Positions 1-12,900 of a DNA stretch of 64,000 nt are shown here, in pieces; positions within the stretch are counted from its first letter, which is position 1; every line of letters begins with the position of its first letter. Location: NCBI GenBank assembly GCA_013239625.1, contig MU054212.1, positions 4,198,650 through 4,262,649 of the forward strand, in the 5' to 3' direction. Source of the stretch: Lama guanicoe. Taxonomy: Eukaryota. A model generated the notes under the pieces. The model made no database searches. It was not told the DNA's origin and saw only the letters and a program-made list of their open reading frames with translations. A program made the translations under genes and the position numbers.

Positions 1-90
1 GAGGAAGGTCATTTTCTCAGACTCCTTCCGCTGAAGATGTTCACTATGCCAACGTGCCTTACTTGGGGATCGTTTGTCCTGAACCCCATC
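1..90 (-). mobile_element. 5' end of a MER34/MER39-like ERV1 LTR, running off the window edge
   Basis: Reverse complement begins TGATGGGGTTCAGGACAAACGATCCCCAAGTAAGGCACGTTGGCAT..., resembling the recalled MER34 start TGTTGGGGTTCAGGACA...CCCCAAAATATGGCACCTTGGCAT; TG terminus. Confidence 0.65.
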
Positions 91-159
91 AGAGGGAATC
101 CTTAAGCATTGATCTTGACTTTCCTGTTTGAAAAATATAGTGAGAGGGGAAGTCCTACA

Positions 160-330
160 CAGAAAAATCCCATTTAACAGTAGTAGGAATGATAGGGTGA
201 GAAAAATTGCCATTTTGTAATAGAAGTGATGAAATAATCTATTCAATGGCAGTCATTATTTAATAGTAAAGAAAACTCGTGAAAGTTGATGAGGAGCTTT
301 TCAAATTGGAAGATGTGACACTGTCGTGCC
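160..330 (+). mobile_element. Old L1 (L1MC-like) 3' UTR fragment
   Basis: 'gaaaaattgccattttgtaa...gtgaaagttgatgagga' resembles the recalled L1MC3/4 3' end. Confidence 0.45.
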
Positions 331-755
331 AAGATACTCTTTTTCCACATCACCAACGTGCTCTTCTTAGAAAAGGGGTATATTAAACCTCAGGTGTTCA
401 ACCTGTTCCCATTGCATGACTTGATCAGTATTCTTCGTTTTCTGAGTATATGAAGTGTTTCCTATTTTTTATTTTTTTATCATTTCCATTGGTAGAAATA
501 TGGGTGAAAATAGGAGTTTTGTGAATGTTTAAGTCAAAATCCTGTGTGAAATTAAATTTTATCTTTAATTTTTTTTTTCGCTTTTTAGAAACTGTTAGCA
601 ATGCTAATTTATAAGCTAGGAGTGGCCTAAGTATACTGTCTTTTATTCAGAATGGCACATATATATCTATAATACCCATTTTTTCTTTAATCTCTGTTTC
701 CAAGCAGCCACATTTTATGGCTCATAACCTGTAAGTTAAAATAAAGAAGCAGACA

Positions 756-845
756 GGACGGGAAGTAGCTCAGTGGTAAAACATATGCTTAGTATGTGTG
801 AAGTCCTAGGTTCAACCCCTAGTACCTTCATTAAAAAAATAAAGA
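756..845 (+). mobile_element. Vic-1-type camelid tRNA-Ala-derived SINE (short form)
   Basis: A box TAGCTCAGTGG, B box GGTTCAACCCC, then AGTACCTTC and an A-rich tail; no CCA acceptor stem. Confidence 0.85.
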
Positions 846-2399
846 GCATTAAAAAAATGGAGTTGTATTATGTTTACTATCTTATTTCTTGAAACAAATA
901 AACAAAAATAGATGCAGTCTATAAGGAGATTTTCTATATTTTTTTCAGCATGGCAGTATTTGTTAAAATATAACAGGTTTAAATGCTGTTAATATCCTCC
1001 ATTATTTTTCCGCAATTCCTTGAACTAACTTACCTTCAGCGTGTAGAAACATGCCTTCATAGCTGGCTCAACTCTTTTAAGGAATTTCACAGATGGTCCC
1101 TCTGAACACAGCAATCTCCAGAGAATTGGTTAAGAATAGAGAGACCCCATTTCTATCCCGAGAGCCTCACTTAGCTTAGTCTAGCTGTGGCCTTTATTGA
1201 TCTTACTCCTTTTTCTCCGAAAGGACAGTCACTCTACTAACTCAGAATTTAGGTGCTTAGAGATAGTTACAGCCCAGAGCAAATAAAAGGCTTTGCGAGA
1301 ACCCCTGGGCTGCCTGGGCAGTCACGGATATAGCTTGTGGGTCCTGGCTAGGGAATAACCAAACACAAGGCAAAGGAGGCCAAGTCGTGTGTGCCTTACT
1401 GGTTTTTATACTTTGGGAGTGGGTCTCAAGTTAATTGCTTTGTGATTAAAACTAGAACCTTTCTTAGTATTTGACAGAAAAGCAAAAGACACACACGCAA
1501 AAACCTAATACATACTTTAAAATCCACCATGCATACCCTTGTAAAACAAATTTCAAAGGAAAACTCAAACCCTGCTGCCGTGGGTAAAAGCACACACTTA
1601 GGCGCGAAGTAAATTCAGTTTCAAGGCTTGTTTCTACTGTTAATTTGTTTCACCAATATGATAGTTTCGTTTACTGCTGTAAACTACATTATCCTCATTT
1701 TTGAGATGTGGATGATAATGTTACTTCCTCCGTAGAGGTGTGCATCCTCAGTTTTACAGTCAGCACCCCCAAAATGGTAGCTATCATTTTTAAAAGTTAT
1801 TTTCATGGTAAAGCAGCATTAGCCAGCAGCAGCTTCCTTCTAGTTAGAGGAGAACATTTTGGATGGGTTTCAACAGTATTTGCCAGTTTGATCATACCGT
1901 TGCTTGGGATGTTTATGCGAAGTGCAGATTCCTGGCCACACACTGGGCCTCTTGAATCTAACTCATCAGGAAAAGGGAAGAGGACTTGGAATATGTGCTT
2001 AACAGAAACATTGGGTTCTAATCGTCAGAATGTCTTTGGAAGAAGGACTAGTGGACATAGACTGAGCACTGTTTGACTAATGATGATCTACTTCCTATAC
2101 TTGATGAAAAACCACTTTCAGCATTAAAGTGAACCGCAGACAATGATTCTACTGTCGCTAGAAAGTAGACAAACATGACCACGTTCTATGAATTCCAACA
2201 CATATTTTTATTTTCAATGTTTTATTTCTCAATTTGAGAGAAACTGTTGGTAGAATTATAAAGGAGAGGGAAAGAAAAGTGAAGGGAATTCAGGAATCAA
2301 AGACAGAAAAATGCAGAGGGTCAGAAAAAATGACAGTTTGGACATAAAATGTATTTATTCTCCTTTATTCTCCGGCCCAATTCAAATTTCACGACTTCT

Positions 2400-3015
2400 T
2401 CCACGTGGCTGTTTTAGTGTTTGATTTGTCTTTATGACATGTGTGTTTGCAGAATATGCATTGTTTTATGTGCAACATATCTCAGTTTGTGTAAATAGTA
2501 TTGTGGGATACATTTTATTCCGTGTTAAATTTTTCAGTAAAATAATACATTCTTAAGATTCATCTTGCCACGTGCACATTGATTTTTCTTATAATTGCAA
2601 AATCACACATTCTGTGTTTTACTCGTCCACCGACAATGTTGTATACCCAGGTTACTCTAGATTGCTTACCAGCACAAACAGTGCTGTTTTTACGTTTGAG
2701 TGGCCTGGGGTGTAAATCTGGGATACGCGCACACTTTATGAATGTCGGGTCACGAGGGTTGGTGTGTCTTGACCTGGACCACATGCCAGCTTATTGTCAG
2801 AGGGGTCTGTCCCAGCCCATACTTCCAGCAGGCAGGATGCCACCTGTAGCTGCAAATTCCCATCTGCACTTGGCGTTTTCCATTTTTCAAACATTTGCCA
2901 GTGATGTCTTCTTGTTGTCTTCATTTGCATTTTCCTGAGTATTATCGAATCCCTTCATGCAACGGTTAGCTTTGAGGAGTTTTGTTTCGAAAAAGTGCAG
3001 GTTGATATCCTTTGG
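2400..3015 (-). mobile_element. Old L1 (L1ME-like) fragment
   Basis: Degenerate antisense L1 motifs (ttaagattcatcttg..., tttcatttgcattttcctga..., cccttcatgc) in the expected order. Confidence 0.6.
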
Positions 3016-3839
3016 CCGAGCAATTACGCTGGAATCTGATAGCAACTTCTTGCTTTCAAAGAAAGTGCGGTGGGCATTTTTAAAGGCTGTTTTCTCGAGT
3101 TGCAGTATCTCTCTTCCCTATTGACATTTACATCTGAGACAGTCTTATATAACCTAGTTTGTAAAAGTTCTTTCTCAGAGAGATATAAAGTTGAAAGGAG
3201 AGATTGTATGAGCACAGAAGTGCTTCAGGCATATTTTTCTCCTGGAAACAAATCATGAAGAATGAAAGGGAATATGTAAGTTAGGGTCCCATTAGAGGTG
3301 CTAAAGCCAGGGGAGAATAAAAGTATTTGAACTATATTGGGTCGGCCCTAGGATGCCTAGCAGCGTGAATGACTTGTGCTGTTGCACAAACAGGATTGAG
3401 TATGAAAAGTCCAAGAAAAAAAGTGTACTCTTCCCACTGCTACCCAACTAGTAGCAACTTTTGAAAGTGTTTTTGGAGTTCCCCATTAAGTAAGAAATGA
3501 CTTTTGAAATGATTGCAGTGGACTGCAGGGTGTTCTTTGGGTATTATAAATAACTAAAATGGATCTCGGCTTCCTACACGGAAGCCAAGAAAAGTATCTT
3601 TTGGGCCCGTTCTGTAGTCTGCTGGCCAAGAAAGGATTTTCATCCACTGTCCTGTCGGCCTTAGTCCTTTCACCCATCAGTTGTCTCATATGAATTTTTT
3701 ATGCACAGCCATTCACCCCCCCCCAAGCTTTGCCAATTTGACAACATGAAGTGTTTTCAAATTTGATTCTTCTTGTGTTTGTGTCCCTGTTGCTCCCGTT
3801 TGAGATCTTATTATTCCTTGTCTGCAACAGTGCCTTTTT

Positions 3840-4370
3840 TCACTTCCAAAACCTGTCTCCAGTCCTGCCCCCCTCAAACATACACTCCATCATGATGCTA
3901 CGGGGAGACAGCTAGAATGTGAACGTGGTCTTCTCAGAACTGTTCTAATGGCTGCTCGTTCTCAGCCCAAGGCACAGACATCCTCCAATGAAAGACAGAC
4001 CTTCTGTGACATTACCTCCTTCCTCCTCTCCACTGGACCTTTCCACACTAACGTGGCTCAACTGACTTTTGCTCCCTGGGAACACCAGGCTGTCTCTTGC
4101 TCCTGCCCTTTCTGCCTTACTGCCTCTCTTCCCTCCTCTTAATCTCAACCAAGACCCAATCTTGGGTGATTAGTTATTTGTCCTTTGTCCCATTCAGGCT
4201 GAGCTCAGTGATCTTCCATTACATTCTCAAAGCACCCAGGACAACCTCAATTCCTGGATTTATCAGATTGGTTTAAACTTTTTGTTTACATCTATCTGAT
4301 GCTCTGGTGTAAGTGTTCTTGAGCAAGGGAAATATGATTAATTTATCATTATGTAGGTAGTAAAAAATAT
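3840..4370 (+). mobile_element. L2 3' fragment
   Basis: Pyrimidine-rich L2-like body ending '...tgtaagtgttcttgagcaagggaaatatg'. Confidence 0.55.
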
Positions 4371-4859
4371 TATTTTAAGGACAAATGATAGCATTCCCCT
4401 GGGAAAGAGAGTGGTTTGAGATTAATAAAACACCTTGATGGTTGAGAGGCGTTTGAGAACAGGAATATCTAATACTCAATTTGACACCTTTTTTTGTACT
4501 GGCCAACAGTATCATTGCCTTCTATTGTTTTCAATCTTCCACAAAACATATTAATCACATAATCTTGAGTTGGTAAAGTTTGTGAAATAAATTTATTAGA
4601 GGCTGTTCAGAGCAATATTATATGGAAAAAAAAGATGTGCCCAAGAGTGGCAAAATGCAGACAGAATATCAAGAATTCACTGGAAGCAGTAACTGGTTGT
4701 CTCAGAGAAAGATAATCTCAAAGAATTTCCAGAAATATATAAAACATTTGTTAGATTTCTTACTTTTAAGTAATTTGATGTCTGAGCCAATTTTAGCTTA
4801 AGAGACAAGGAAAAAGATGGCCAACTGGAAGACTTGGACAAACTATATTTAATAATACG

Positions 4860-5072
4860 GGACAGTAAAATGCTAAATGGAAAATAATAGAAAACAAAAC
4901 AGCATACGTAGGATGCCCTAAAAATAGTCTACATCTATGCATTGAAAAGGAATGTAACAAAATATTAACAGCAAATGTCTCTGGCTGCTTTATTTACGTA
5001 CTTTTTTATGCTTTTGTATGGTTGTCATATTTAATAAAGTGACTAAATACTGTTTTTTTATCATCAGGAAAT
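4860..5072 (+). mobile_element. L1ME4-like 3' end fragment
   Basis: 'aaaatattaacagcaaatgtctctgg...tttttttatcatcaggaaa' pattern. Confidence 0.5.
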
Positions 5073-5167
5073 TTTTTTGAGTACGAATTTAAAAACTTAT
5101 ACTGCCATTGATGGTTTGACCTCCAAAAGATTATATATCAAGTACCAACTGTTGTGTTTGCCTTCAC

Positions 5168-5198
5168 TGTGTGTGTGTGTGTGTCTGTGTGTGTGTGT
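5168..5198. repeat. (TG)n microsatellite, interrupted
   Basis: tgtgtgtgtgtgtgtgtctgtgtgtgtgtgt. Confidence 0.95.
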
Positions 5199-5759
5199 TT
5201 TCTTTTGCACTGGAAACAATTTTTGCCTAATTAAAATGGTACTGGGCACATGTTGCTGTGCTGAAGTCCACTTTGAGGTGACCTAGGAGAGAGATTTCTT
5301 TCGTGCTGTTCTCAGTCATCTTTTCAAAATCTGTCTCCTTCATTTCAAGACCCCTGCAAGTGCCTTGAGCCCCCATGCCTTGTGCTGAGATTCTTCTCCT
5401 ATGCGTCCACTGGCACTTCTTACTCCCCGTTACAGTGATTTTGCTTCTATTTGCCACTAGGGAAAAATTGTTCTGTTTAATTAGTGTCTCATTCCCTCAG
5501 TATTCTGTACTCCTGGAGAGAAAGTAATTTGGACAAATAAATCCCTGATAACCTGTTACTTCTCGTTTTTGAGTCATTTGAGTGGAGTCGTCTTCTACCT
5601 CCCTGTCTCCTCATGGACGAATGTGCTACGTTGATTTTACTCAGGAAATAGCTCTCAAACCTGTGGCCTGTTTCAAAGGCAGTGAATTCAGGGGCTTACT
5701 AGTGTTTCCTTTAGCTCTTCCGAAGCCTGCTGGCTGGTCTCCTTGTCTTGAAATGTTTT

Positions 5760-6330
5760 CTTCCTATTTTCATTATCCAGATAGCACCTAGAATGATCTT
5801 TATGCAACAGTGATATGATTATCACATCCCCTTTCTTTAAGAAGAAGGAACACCTTTGGCGATGGAATGGTATGTTCAGAAATACTGTTCTAGAATATAG
5901 TCCAAACCTCTTAGCATGTCACATGAGACTTTTTGGATTTGATCCAGGTGTACCTCTCCAGTATCCGCTTTTGCCCTTCTCTCTGACTCCCTCTTACTCT
6001 CCAGACGTTTTGTTTTCCCAACTCACAGGATGTGTTTTCCATCTGCTAGTGCCTTGGCCAGGTATGACTCGCCACTGCGTCTACCTGAATAATTCCCGTT
6101 TATTCTTCAAAACCCAGGCCGTCTAATGTATTCCCCGTGTGTACTTCTCTCTCTCACCCATCGCTCTCCCTGCCCCGTGGACACAGCACTCTCCCCTTGA
6201 TCTCTGATGGTACCCCGAGCTCTGCATCATAATTGTTTACGAATAAGTCTCTCTCACCGTTTTCTGGGCTCACTGAAGATCTAGGTCTTGTCATCCTGGT
6301 AGTTACAGAGGCAGTGTTGTTTCCAAGGGG
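5760..6330 (+). mobile_element. L2 fragment
   Basis: 'ctagaatgatcttt', 'agaatatagtccaaacctcttagcatg', 'ttattcttcaaaacccag' are typical L2 3' motifs. Confidence 0.6.
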
Positions 6331-6557
6331 TGGGATAATGTAAATGGAAACTGAGTTAAGGTGCAGCGTTGTTGAGAAGAGCCTTCTCAGAGTAACCTGA
6401 TGTGGCGACACCATCTTTCCCCTAGCATCCCAGACTGTGACAGTAGAGAGGACTCGGGGGCACACGAGCTCTCCTTTGGGGATGGTTGCCCGGGCGTTTA
6501 CGTGTTCAGCTGTTCCTTCTCACGTCTTGATACTGAGCTTTCCCTGAAGATTTGGCC

Positions 6558-6765
6558 CAGAGGGCAAGCAGACCTTTTCTGTAAAGCACCAAATAGTAAA
6601 TACCTTAGGGTTTGCAGGCTGCCCCAGCCACTCAACTCTGCTTCGGGAACCGGGAAGCAGCCACAGACGACACATAAATGAGTGTGTGATTCTGTTCCAA
6701 TAATACTTTGCAAAACCAGGGAAGAGGCCAGATTTGGACTATAGGCTGTAGTTTATTGACCCCTA
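6558..6765 (+). mobile_element. MER58A-like hAT-Charlie MITE
   Basis: CAGAGGGCAAGCAGACCTTTTCTGTAAAG...AATAGTAAATA...GGCCAGATTTGG...GTAGTTTATTGACCCCT, with TIR-like ends. Confidence 0.85.
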
Positions 6766-8634
6766 GTCTAGGTGGAGGGTTTAGATGAGCACATATGGAC
6801 CCCTGCCCAGATTATGGTGGGTGTAGCTTTAATACATCTGTCAAGGGGTCAAATAGCTCTGAGCTGTGACATTTCAGGCTTTTGGTCATAAATGGTCTAA
6901 ACGAACCATGAAATCCAAAATCCTTGCTACCGCCTATTTACTGATACATCTCCTTAGGAGATCTTACAATGCTTAATGCCATTAGGGTTCAGATGATAAA
7001 TTATCGAAGTAAAGGTTCCATGGTGGTCACAAACCAGACAGAGACGGTGCCCTGACATCTTATGTGTCATACTGTCACCTCTGGAGCAAGCCCCGAGCTA
7101 CTGCAGTGCCTCCAGCAAGAAAGGCCCCTCCTCTCACAAGCCACACTTGCAACAGCTCATGCCAGTGGTCACGGGACTAAGTACAGCCTAGATTCCCCGG
7201 CGACACCTTGGAATCCCTGCTTGGAGAGGCAGACCGTCGGTAGACATCTCCGCGGTCAGGACAGCTCAGCTGGCCGCAGCAGGAGCAGGTTTGCTCCCCT
7301 GATCCAAGCTCTGGTGCCAGTGCTCTTCTTCTCCCGACTCACAGTTGAAGAACCAGTTTGCAGAAAGTTTGCACAATTTCTGGAAGAATATGCAGAGAGG
7401 ACTCAAAGAAAAAAGAGAGAGGAAACAAAAATGGACATATATGAAGTATTTCAGAGGCATGAAATATTTCATATTACATTTAAAATGTGTTTTGTTCAAT
7501 GCCATGCAGCCCATCCATGCCTTTCGCGATGCCCGGCTTAGAGAATGCTCTCTCTGCTGTAATGACATGATCCCAACAACTAGTTATTTTCGGAACAATA
7601 ATGACTCCATTCAGTAACCGGCAAGAAGTGACATCCTGTTAAAGAGGAGTATTAAGGACTAGGTTTGAGATGCAGAAGCAGCGATGCTATCTGTGTGTGC
7701 TTCTCATCATCAGATTCAATCTCAGATGGTGTATCGTGAACCGTTGGAATAACGTTTTAATGCATTCGTGTGGAGATACGGGAGGAGTTGCAAAACCCAC
7801 CAGAGAACTGTTTAAACTCTTACTTCTCTGGACTTAGGATGTCTGTGCTCCTCCTGATAATTCGTGTCCAGTGTTCCTGGTCCTCCCTTACCTCTGAGGC
7901 TGAAGTAATTTTTAAAAAGTGCTCTCCTTGTGCATCACCTTTGCTGTCATCTTGCTTCATGATTCTGCTCCCGCCATGGTGAGTGAGCACCTTCTGAAGC
8001 AGCACCTGCCAGGAAACAACTGTTTTTGGAGATCTCAATGTGACATCCTAGGAAACAGATGAGCTGAAGAAAGACTGTCATTTTATCAGGTAGGACAAAT
8101 GCAAGGGAGGTCATAAAATTTTGTGAGAGACAGAAGCAAAGGTATACGAATTAGGAACTCTTCTATTTTTTTAAAACCGTATTTCTTTTATTATATTGTC
8201 ACACTTCAGAGTCTTTTCTATATACATGTGTTACATTAAAAATCCCGACATCTGTAAGATTCCCAAGGTATCTTCAAACATTGGGAATAATTTATTAAAA
8301 AAAAAAAGCTGTGCTGGAGATATTTTTAAAATGCCAGTTAATTTCCAGTCAACGTTCATCTCCTTAAAGAGATAAAAGGAATTTGAAGAAGGCAGATTCT
8401 CAATACTACAGCCAGGCTACGTGTTGTGGGGAAAACTTGGGTAAGAACACCATTGGCTGTTATTTGCTCTAAGAAAGATGATTATCATATCCTGGGAATT
8501 TATCATATTAGTGGTTCTATTCCAATGCTATAATTGGAGCATGTGCATTTTCTTTAATTGGAGACAGTGCCCTTAAATAATCAAAAGGAATACTCTTAAA
8601 TGTTCACAAGAATTTTTGAAAAAAATTTTTAAGA

Positions 8635-8862
8635 TAGTGGTTTGGGATTAAGAGAGACAAACTACTATGTATGAAATAGATCAACAACAAAGATACACTG
8701 TAAAGCATAGGGAAATATAGCCATTATTCTGTAATAACTGTATATGGAGTATAAGCTATAAAAATATTGAAGCACTATGTTGTACACTTGAAGCTAATAT
8801 ATTATACATCAACTGTATTTAAGTTTTTTTAATGTGGGAAAAATAAAAAATAAAATAAAAAT
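8635..8862 (+). mobile_element. 5'-truncated cetartiodactyl L1 3' end with A-rich tail
   Basis: 'acaaactactatgtatgaaatagatcaacaacaaagat...ctatgttgtacacttgaagctaat...catcaactgtattt' followed by aaaataaaaaataaaataaaa. Confidence 0.85.
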
Positions 8863-8971
8863 AGGAGCCCAGTTTTGTTCAGTAATTTTATGTGCTCATC
8901 TGTGTATGATCAAGGTATAATGTCATGCTCAAATTAACAACTGATTATTCTTGACAATAAGAGGGTCCACA

Positions 8972-9009
8972 ATATCACATCAAAAAAAAATTTAAAAATC
9001 AAAAAAAAA
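8972..9009 (+). mobile_element. 38-bp poly(A)-type retro-insertion with 16-bp TSD
   Basis: AATAAGAGGGTCCACA occurs at 8956-8971 and 9010-9025, flanking atatcacatc-A9-tttaaaaatc-A9. Confidence 0.75.
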
Positions 9010-9204
9010 AATAAGAGGGTCCACAGAATACATTTAATACTTGGTTGATTCATCACCCCTATACACAGTTGACTTTTTTGATTTTCTGCAGTGTATGTGT
9101 TTACCTGCATGATTATATAATAAAGATTTACACATATATTTAATAAATAATTTGAAAATATCTTTTCCTGAAAAACTATGAAAGTAGAGTGGAACAATGC
9201 ACTA

Positions 9205-9330
9205 TGTCAAGTTTACAAATGAGGAAACCGAAGCAAGGAAAATTGAAGCAACTCATACAAGCCCACACCTGTCACTTGTGTCTAAGGACCAGACACCGGT
9301 GCAACTGAGTTCTGATCTACTTTCTTTCAG
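9205..9330 (-). mobile_element. MIR fragment
   Basis: 'tttacaaatgaggaaaccgaagc...gcaactcatacaagcccacacc' is the antisense MIR core. Confidence 0.65.
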
Positions 9331-9392
9331 TCAGGAATAGGAGTCTGAGTTGCTGAAACAGTTTATCAGTAATGGATATAATCTTGCAGTAA

Positions 9393-9942
9393 TGTTACCC
9401 CAAAAGAGGAAGGGAAAAGACCCCAGTTCTTGTCACACGTGAAAAGTAAGAATTCAGACGGGAGATAAGCATTGTGTAGTGAAAGATTTTAAAGGGTTTA
9501 TTAGCAGAGGGAAGGTGCACCTCCAAGATTGGGAGGCGGGCTGATCCAATGGCGGGTAGCGATGGTCTTTGTTTGCCCCTTCTCTTACACCCTCGCTTAG
9601 AGGTGGTCTTTTGATTGAGTGGTGGCTCTTGCCCCTGGAGTGCTTTGTCATGCTCACCCCCTTTTGTGCATGTCCTTACCCGTGATGCACACAGGAAAAA
9701 CCATGGAAGAGGTCTAAGCTGCAATTCCAGTTATATTACAGTGAGCACTGGTCATGTCTGGTTAAGTCCTTGTTGCCAGTGCACCGTCACAGCTGTTGGA
9801 TTCTAACCGGTTCTTGCTGGCACTCATTTAGAGGAAGTAGAGTGCCTTTATGCTGAAGGCGGGCATAATGCCATCTTCTGGACCATCCTTCCTCTCCTCC
9901 ACTTTATCTGCCCAGTGCCCCCACTTACCTAACTACCTAACA
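9393..9942 (-). mobile_element. ERV1-class solo LTR (550 bp)
   Basis: TGTTA...TAACA termini, 4-bp TSD GTAA (9389-9392 and 9943-9946), AATAAA on the minus strand at 9497-9502; left end resembles the MER51/MER4-group U5. Confidence 0.85.
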
Positions 9943-12900
9943 GTAATGTTTCACATCCATTAACAGAAAAAATGAATAGAAACTACTGGGTTTTTTTGTG
10001 AAAATGTACAAGTCTCTCTTGTTGCTTGCTGCCATCCTTTCTTAGTAGACATAAGATTAGTAGGTTTTGTCTTGAGTCTGCTGGGGGGATTGGCTGAGTC
10101 TTCTCTGTCTTTGATTTGACTATTTCAAGAACAAGAGGCAGGTCAGTTTAATACTCTGAAATCAAAGCCACCTGGAAGATCAGAAATGAAGCCAAATTCT
10201 CCTGGGAATAATTGCAAATGATTGATTTTCCAATCTTTCTATTCAAATTATAAAGGTTTGCTTATTATTTTACTCACACAATTGTCAAAAGGCACTGAGA
10301 GCAGGGCAGGTGTTGTTATGTGCATATCTATTAAAGGATGTGAGGGAAAAAACAATGAATCAAGTTCATATTCTAAGATATGTTGTCCCCTGTTTTGAAA
10401 AAATTGAAACAATACTATTTTCTTTCTATAAGATGTTTTTCCAGCTGGGCAATAAAGCCCATTATCAAAATTACAATAGTAGACAACAAAAATACAGTAA
10501 TGATTTTGATCTAATCATAAACAAAAGCTGAAACGTAGAGAATTCCTGAAATTTTGAAGTTCACCGAAGCCATCGGTAATAAATCTGGGGCAAAAAAACC
10601 TCAGGATTTCTGACTTCTAATTCACTCCTACCCAGAAGGCAAAATTTATTTCCTGAAATGTGAACGAGAATGTTCCCTGGGTCCTAAATATCAGCCTAAC
10701 AAAGAAAATAAAACTCAGCAATTTGCAGGCAGATATAGAAAAATCAGTTTTGCTGAGAAAAGTTATCCCCAAAGAAACCAATCCAAGGGGAAAATGATGC
10801 TTCACTCTGGGGAGGCTGGAAGCAGAGAGGAATGGTGTTGGATTACCCAGAGGGCTAAGGAGATCTCCGAGAGAAGGAATGATGACCCTTTGGGTTTGAT
10901 TTTAAGAGTCTGTCGTCTGATGAGGATGTTGGATTCTGTGATTGATTCCCCTGAAAAAAAGCCTTTGGTCCCGACATCCTGGAGCCACTGGGTTTTATTT
11001 TTGTTTTTTTTTTTTAACCTTTCATCTCAGTGCTGCTCAGCTAAGAGGTCAGGCTCGGCCTGGCTGCCTTGTATTTCTCTTTGCAATCAAGTTCATAGTC
11101 ATTAAGACATGCAAGAGAATTAAGGACATCGCATTTAGACAGCAAAGCCAGTTTCCAGATCTACTTTGAACATTTCCAATTACTCAGGCTATTGTTTACT
11201 TCTTCTAGGTAGCAAAGTGAAAAGGCCGCTGGAGACAATAGGAGATGCTAAGAGCCTGAGCCCGCACCTCCTCCAGTGTGACTGGAAATGAGGGACAATT
11301 GCTGCGAAGAGCCGGTTTTGCTTGAGAACGACGTAGCCGTTTTTTAGCTGCTTCTGCTCTTTGGTGGAGTGTGTGAGCTCCCCTCCTTTTTGTATTCATG
11401 GGCTGGGGCAGCTCAGAGTTCAGGCGAGTCTGTTCTAACCGATTCGCTGCCAGGGCTACGACTGGACAAGTTCTGAGGTTTCCAGCCCTTTGGGCCTATT
11501 ACTGAAGAAGGAGTTCGTGCTTTTTCTTCGGTTCAAAGTCTAATGGATGCCCTTGGATATACTTCAGATAAGCAGGAATCAAATCTAAGGAACTTTTGAA
11601 GTTCGCTCGTTAGTCCACTCAAAGAAAAAAGAAAAAAGGCAATTTCCATGTGAAATTGGGCATCATTTTGCAGCCCTGTTAGACTGAAAAATCTCGCGTC
11701 TTGCAAATTTCAAGCTGTCAATCATGGTGAATGACTCCCTGAGAAGAGCTTAGTAGTTGTGCCCCAGAAATGGGTGGAGTGCGGGGACTTTACCCGGGTA
11801 ATGAAAGCCCATTGTAGGAGGACCTTTCATAACATAATTTAAAAGCCTTTTAAAGCCCGGCACCTCTGCCGCTAATTGCTAGGCAAGGCATTACCATCAG
11901 AGGCTCAGACTGCTCTTTAAAAGGTTTTTAAATGATCGTGTGAGGAAATAAAGCCCTGTCATCTGAAAGCTTTTTTCCAGTGTGCTCTTCTTCCTTAGGC
12001 TGGAAGCAGCAGCCTGGACTTAGCACATAATGAAACTGTGAATAGCTGGTGAGCATCTGATGCGGGAGGAAGGAACAATGAATAAGGGCTAAAGTGAATG
12101 GGGGCTTTCTTTGCATTGTGTGTCGCTTGCATTAAAGTGAAAAAGAAGACTTCTGTCAAGAGCACGAAGACCAGAAACCAGAGGTCAGCTTTCTGCTTAC
12201 TTCTTTCTCCTCTACTCCAAGCAGTTGGAGGACTGAAGAGAAGACAGGATGCTATGATCGCTTAAGGAAAATACAACGTATAACTTTAGAAAAGGGAGCC
12301 CTCAATAATAAGGAAAATATTTGTACATCCATTCGGGAATAATCATTTGAATGATATAACGTTATGAATTTTATAAAGTGATCTTTTAATGGTACAGTTC
12401 CCTTGTTTCAGTTTTTTAAAATTGAGTACTCAAATAGCAATTAAATGATTGGGGTCCTGGCTTAGTTACCACAGTAAATTATCCATCCGAAGCTTCCAGT
12501 AGCTCCAAATATCTTTCGTTATCATTTGCCTATGATAATTGTCATTATGAAGATAAACTCCTCCTTTTAATAAATATTATTTCCTAGTTTACTCAAAGTT
12601 TTGTTCTTTTGTTTGGCCTCACCTTTAATCTTGTGATTTGGTTTGAATCACTTAACCCAGAGAATTGAAGGGTGGTCCGTCACAGGGCAGAAAGCAATAC
12701 TGTTTTGAAATATGTCTTATTCTAAGACAGATACAGATACTGATGGGTATGCTGTTCCAAAGTGGCATTAATTATTTAATCTATTCTTAATGATCCACTA
12801 TTTCTTGTAAATTACAGTTTCTATTTTATGCAGACTATTAAATATTGTTAATGATTTTTCCTTTTGGAAATTACAACATATGAAGACATTTACTGTATTT

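Noticed and set aside
7062-7541. Longest ORF (159 aa)
   Set aside because: No recognisable domain, overlapped by other short ORFs on both strands, no supporting exon structure
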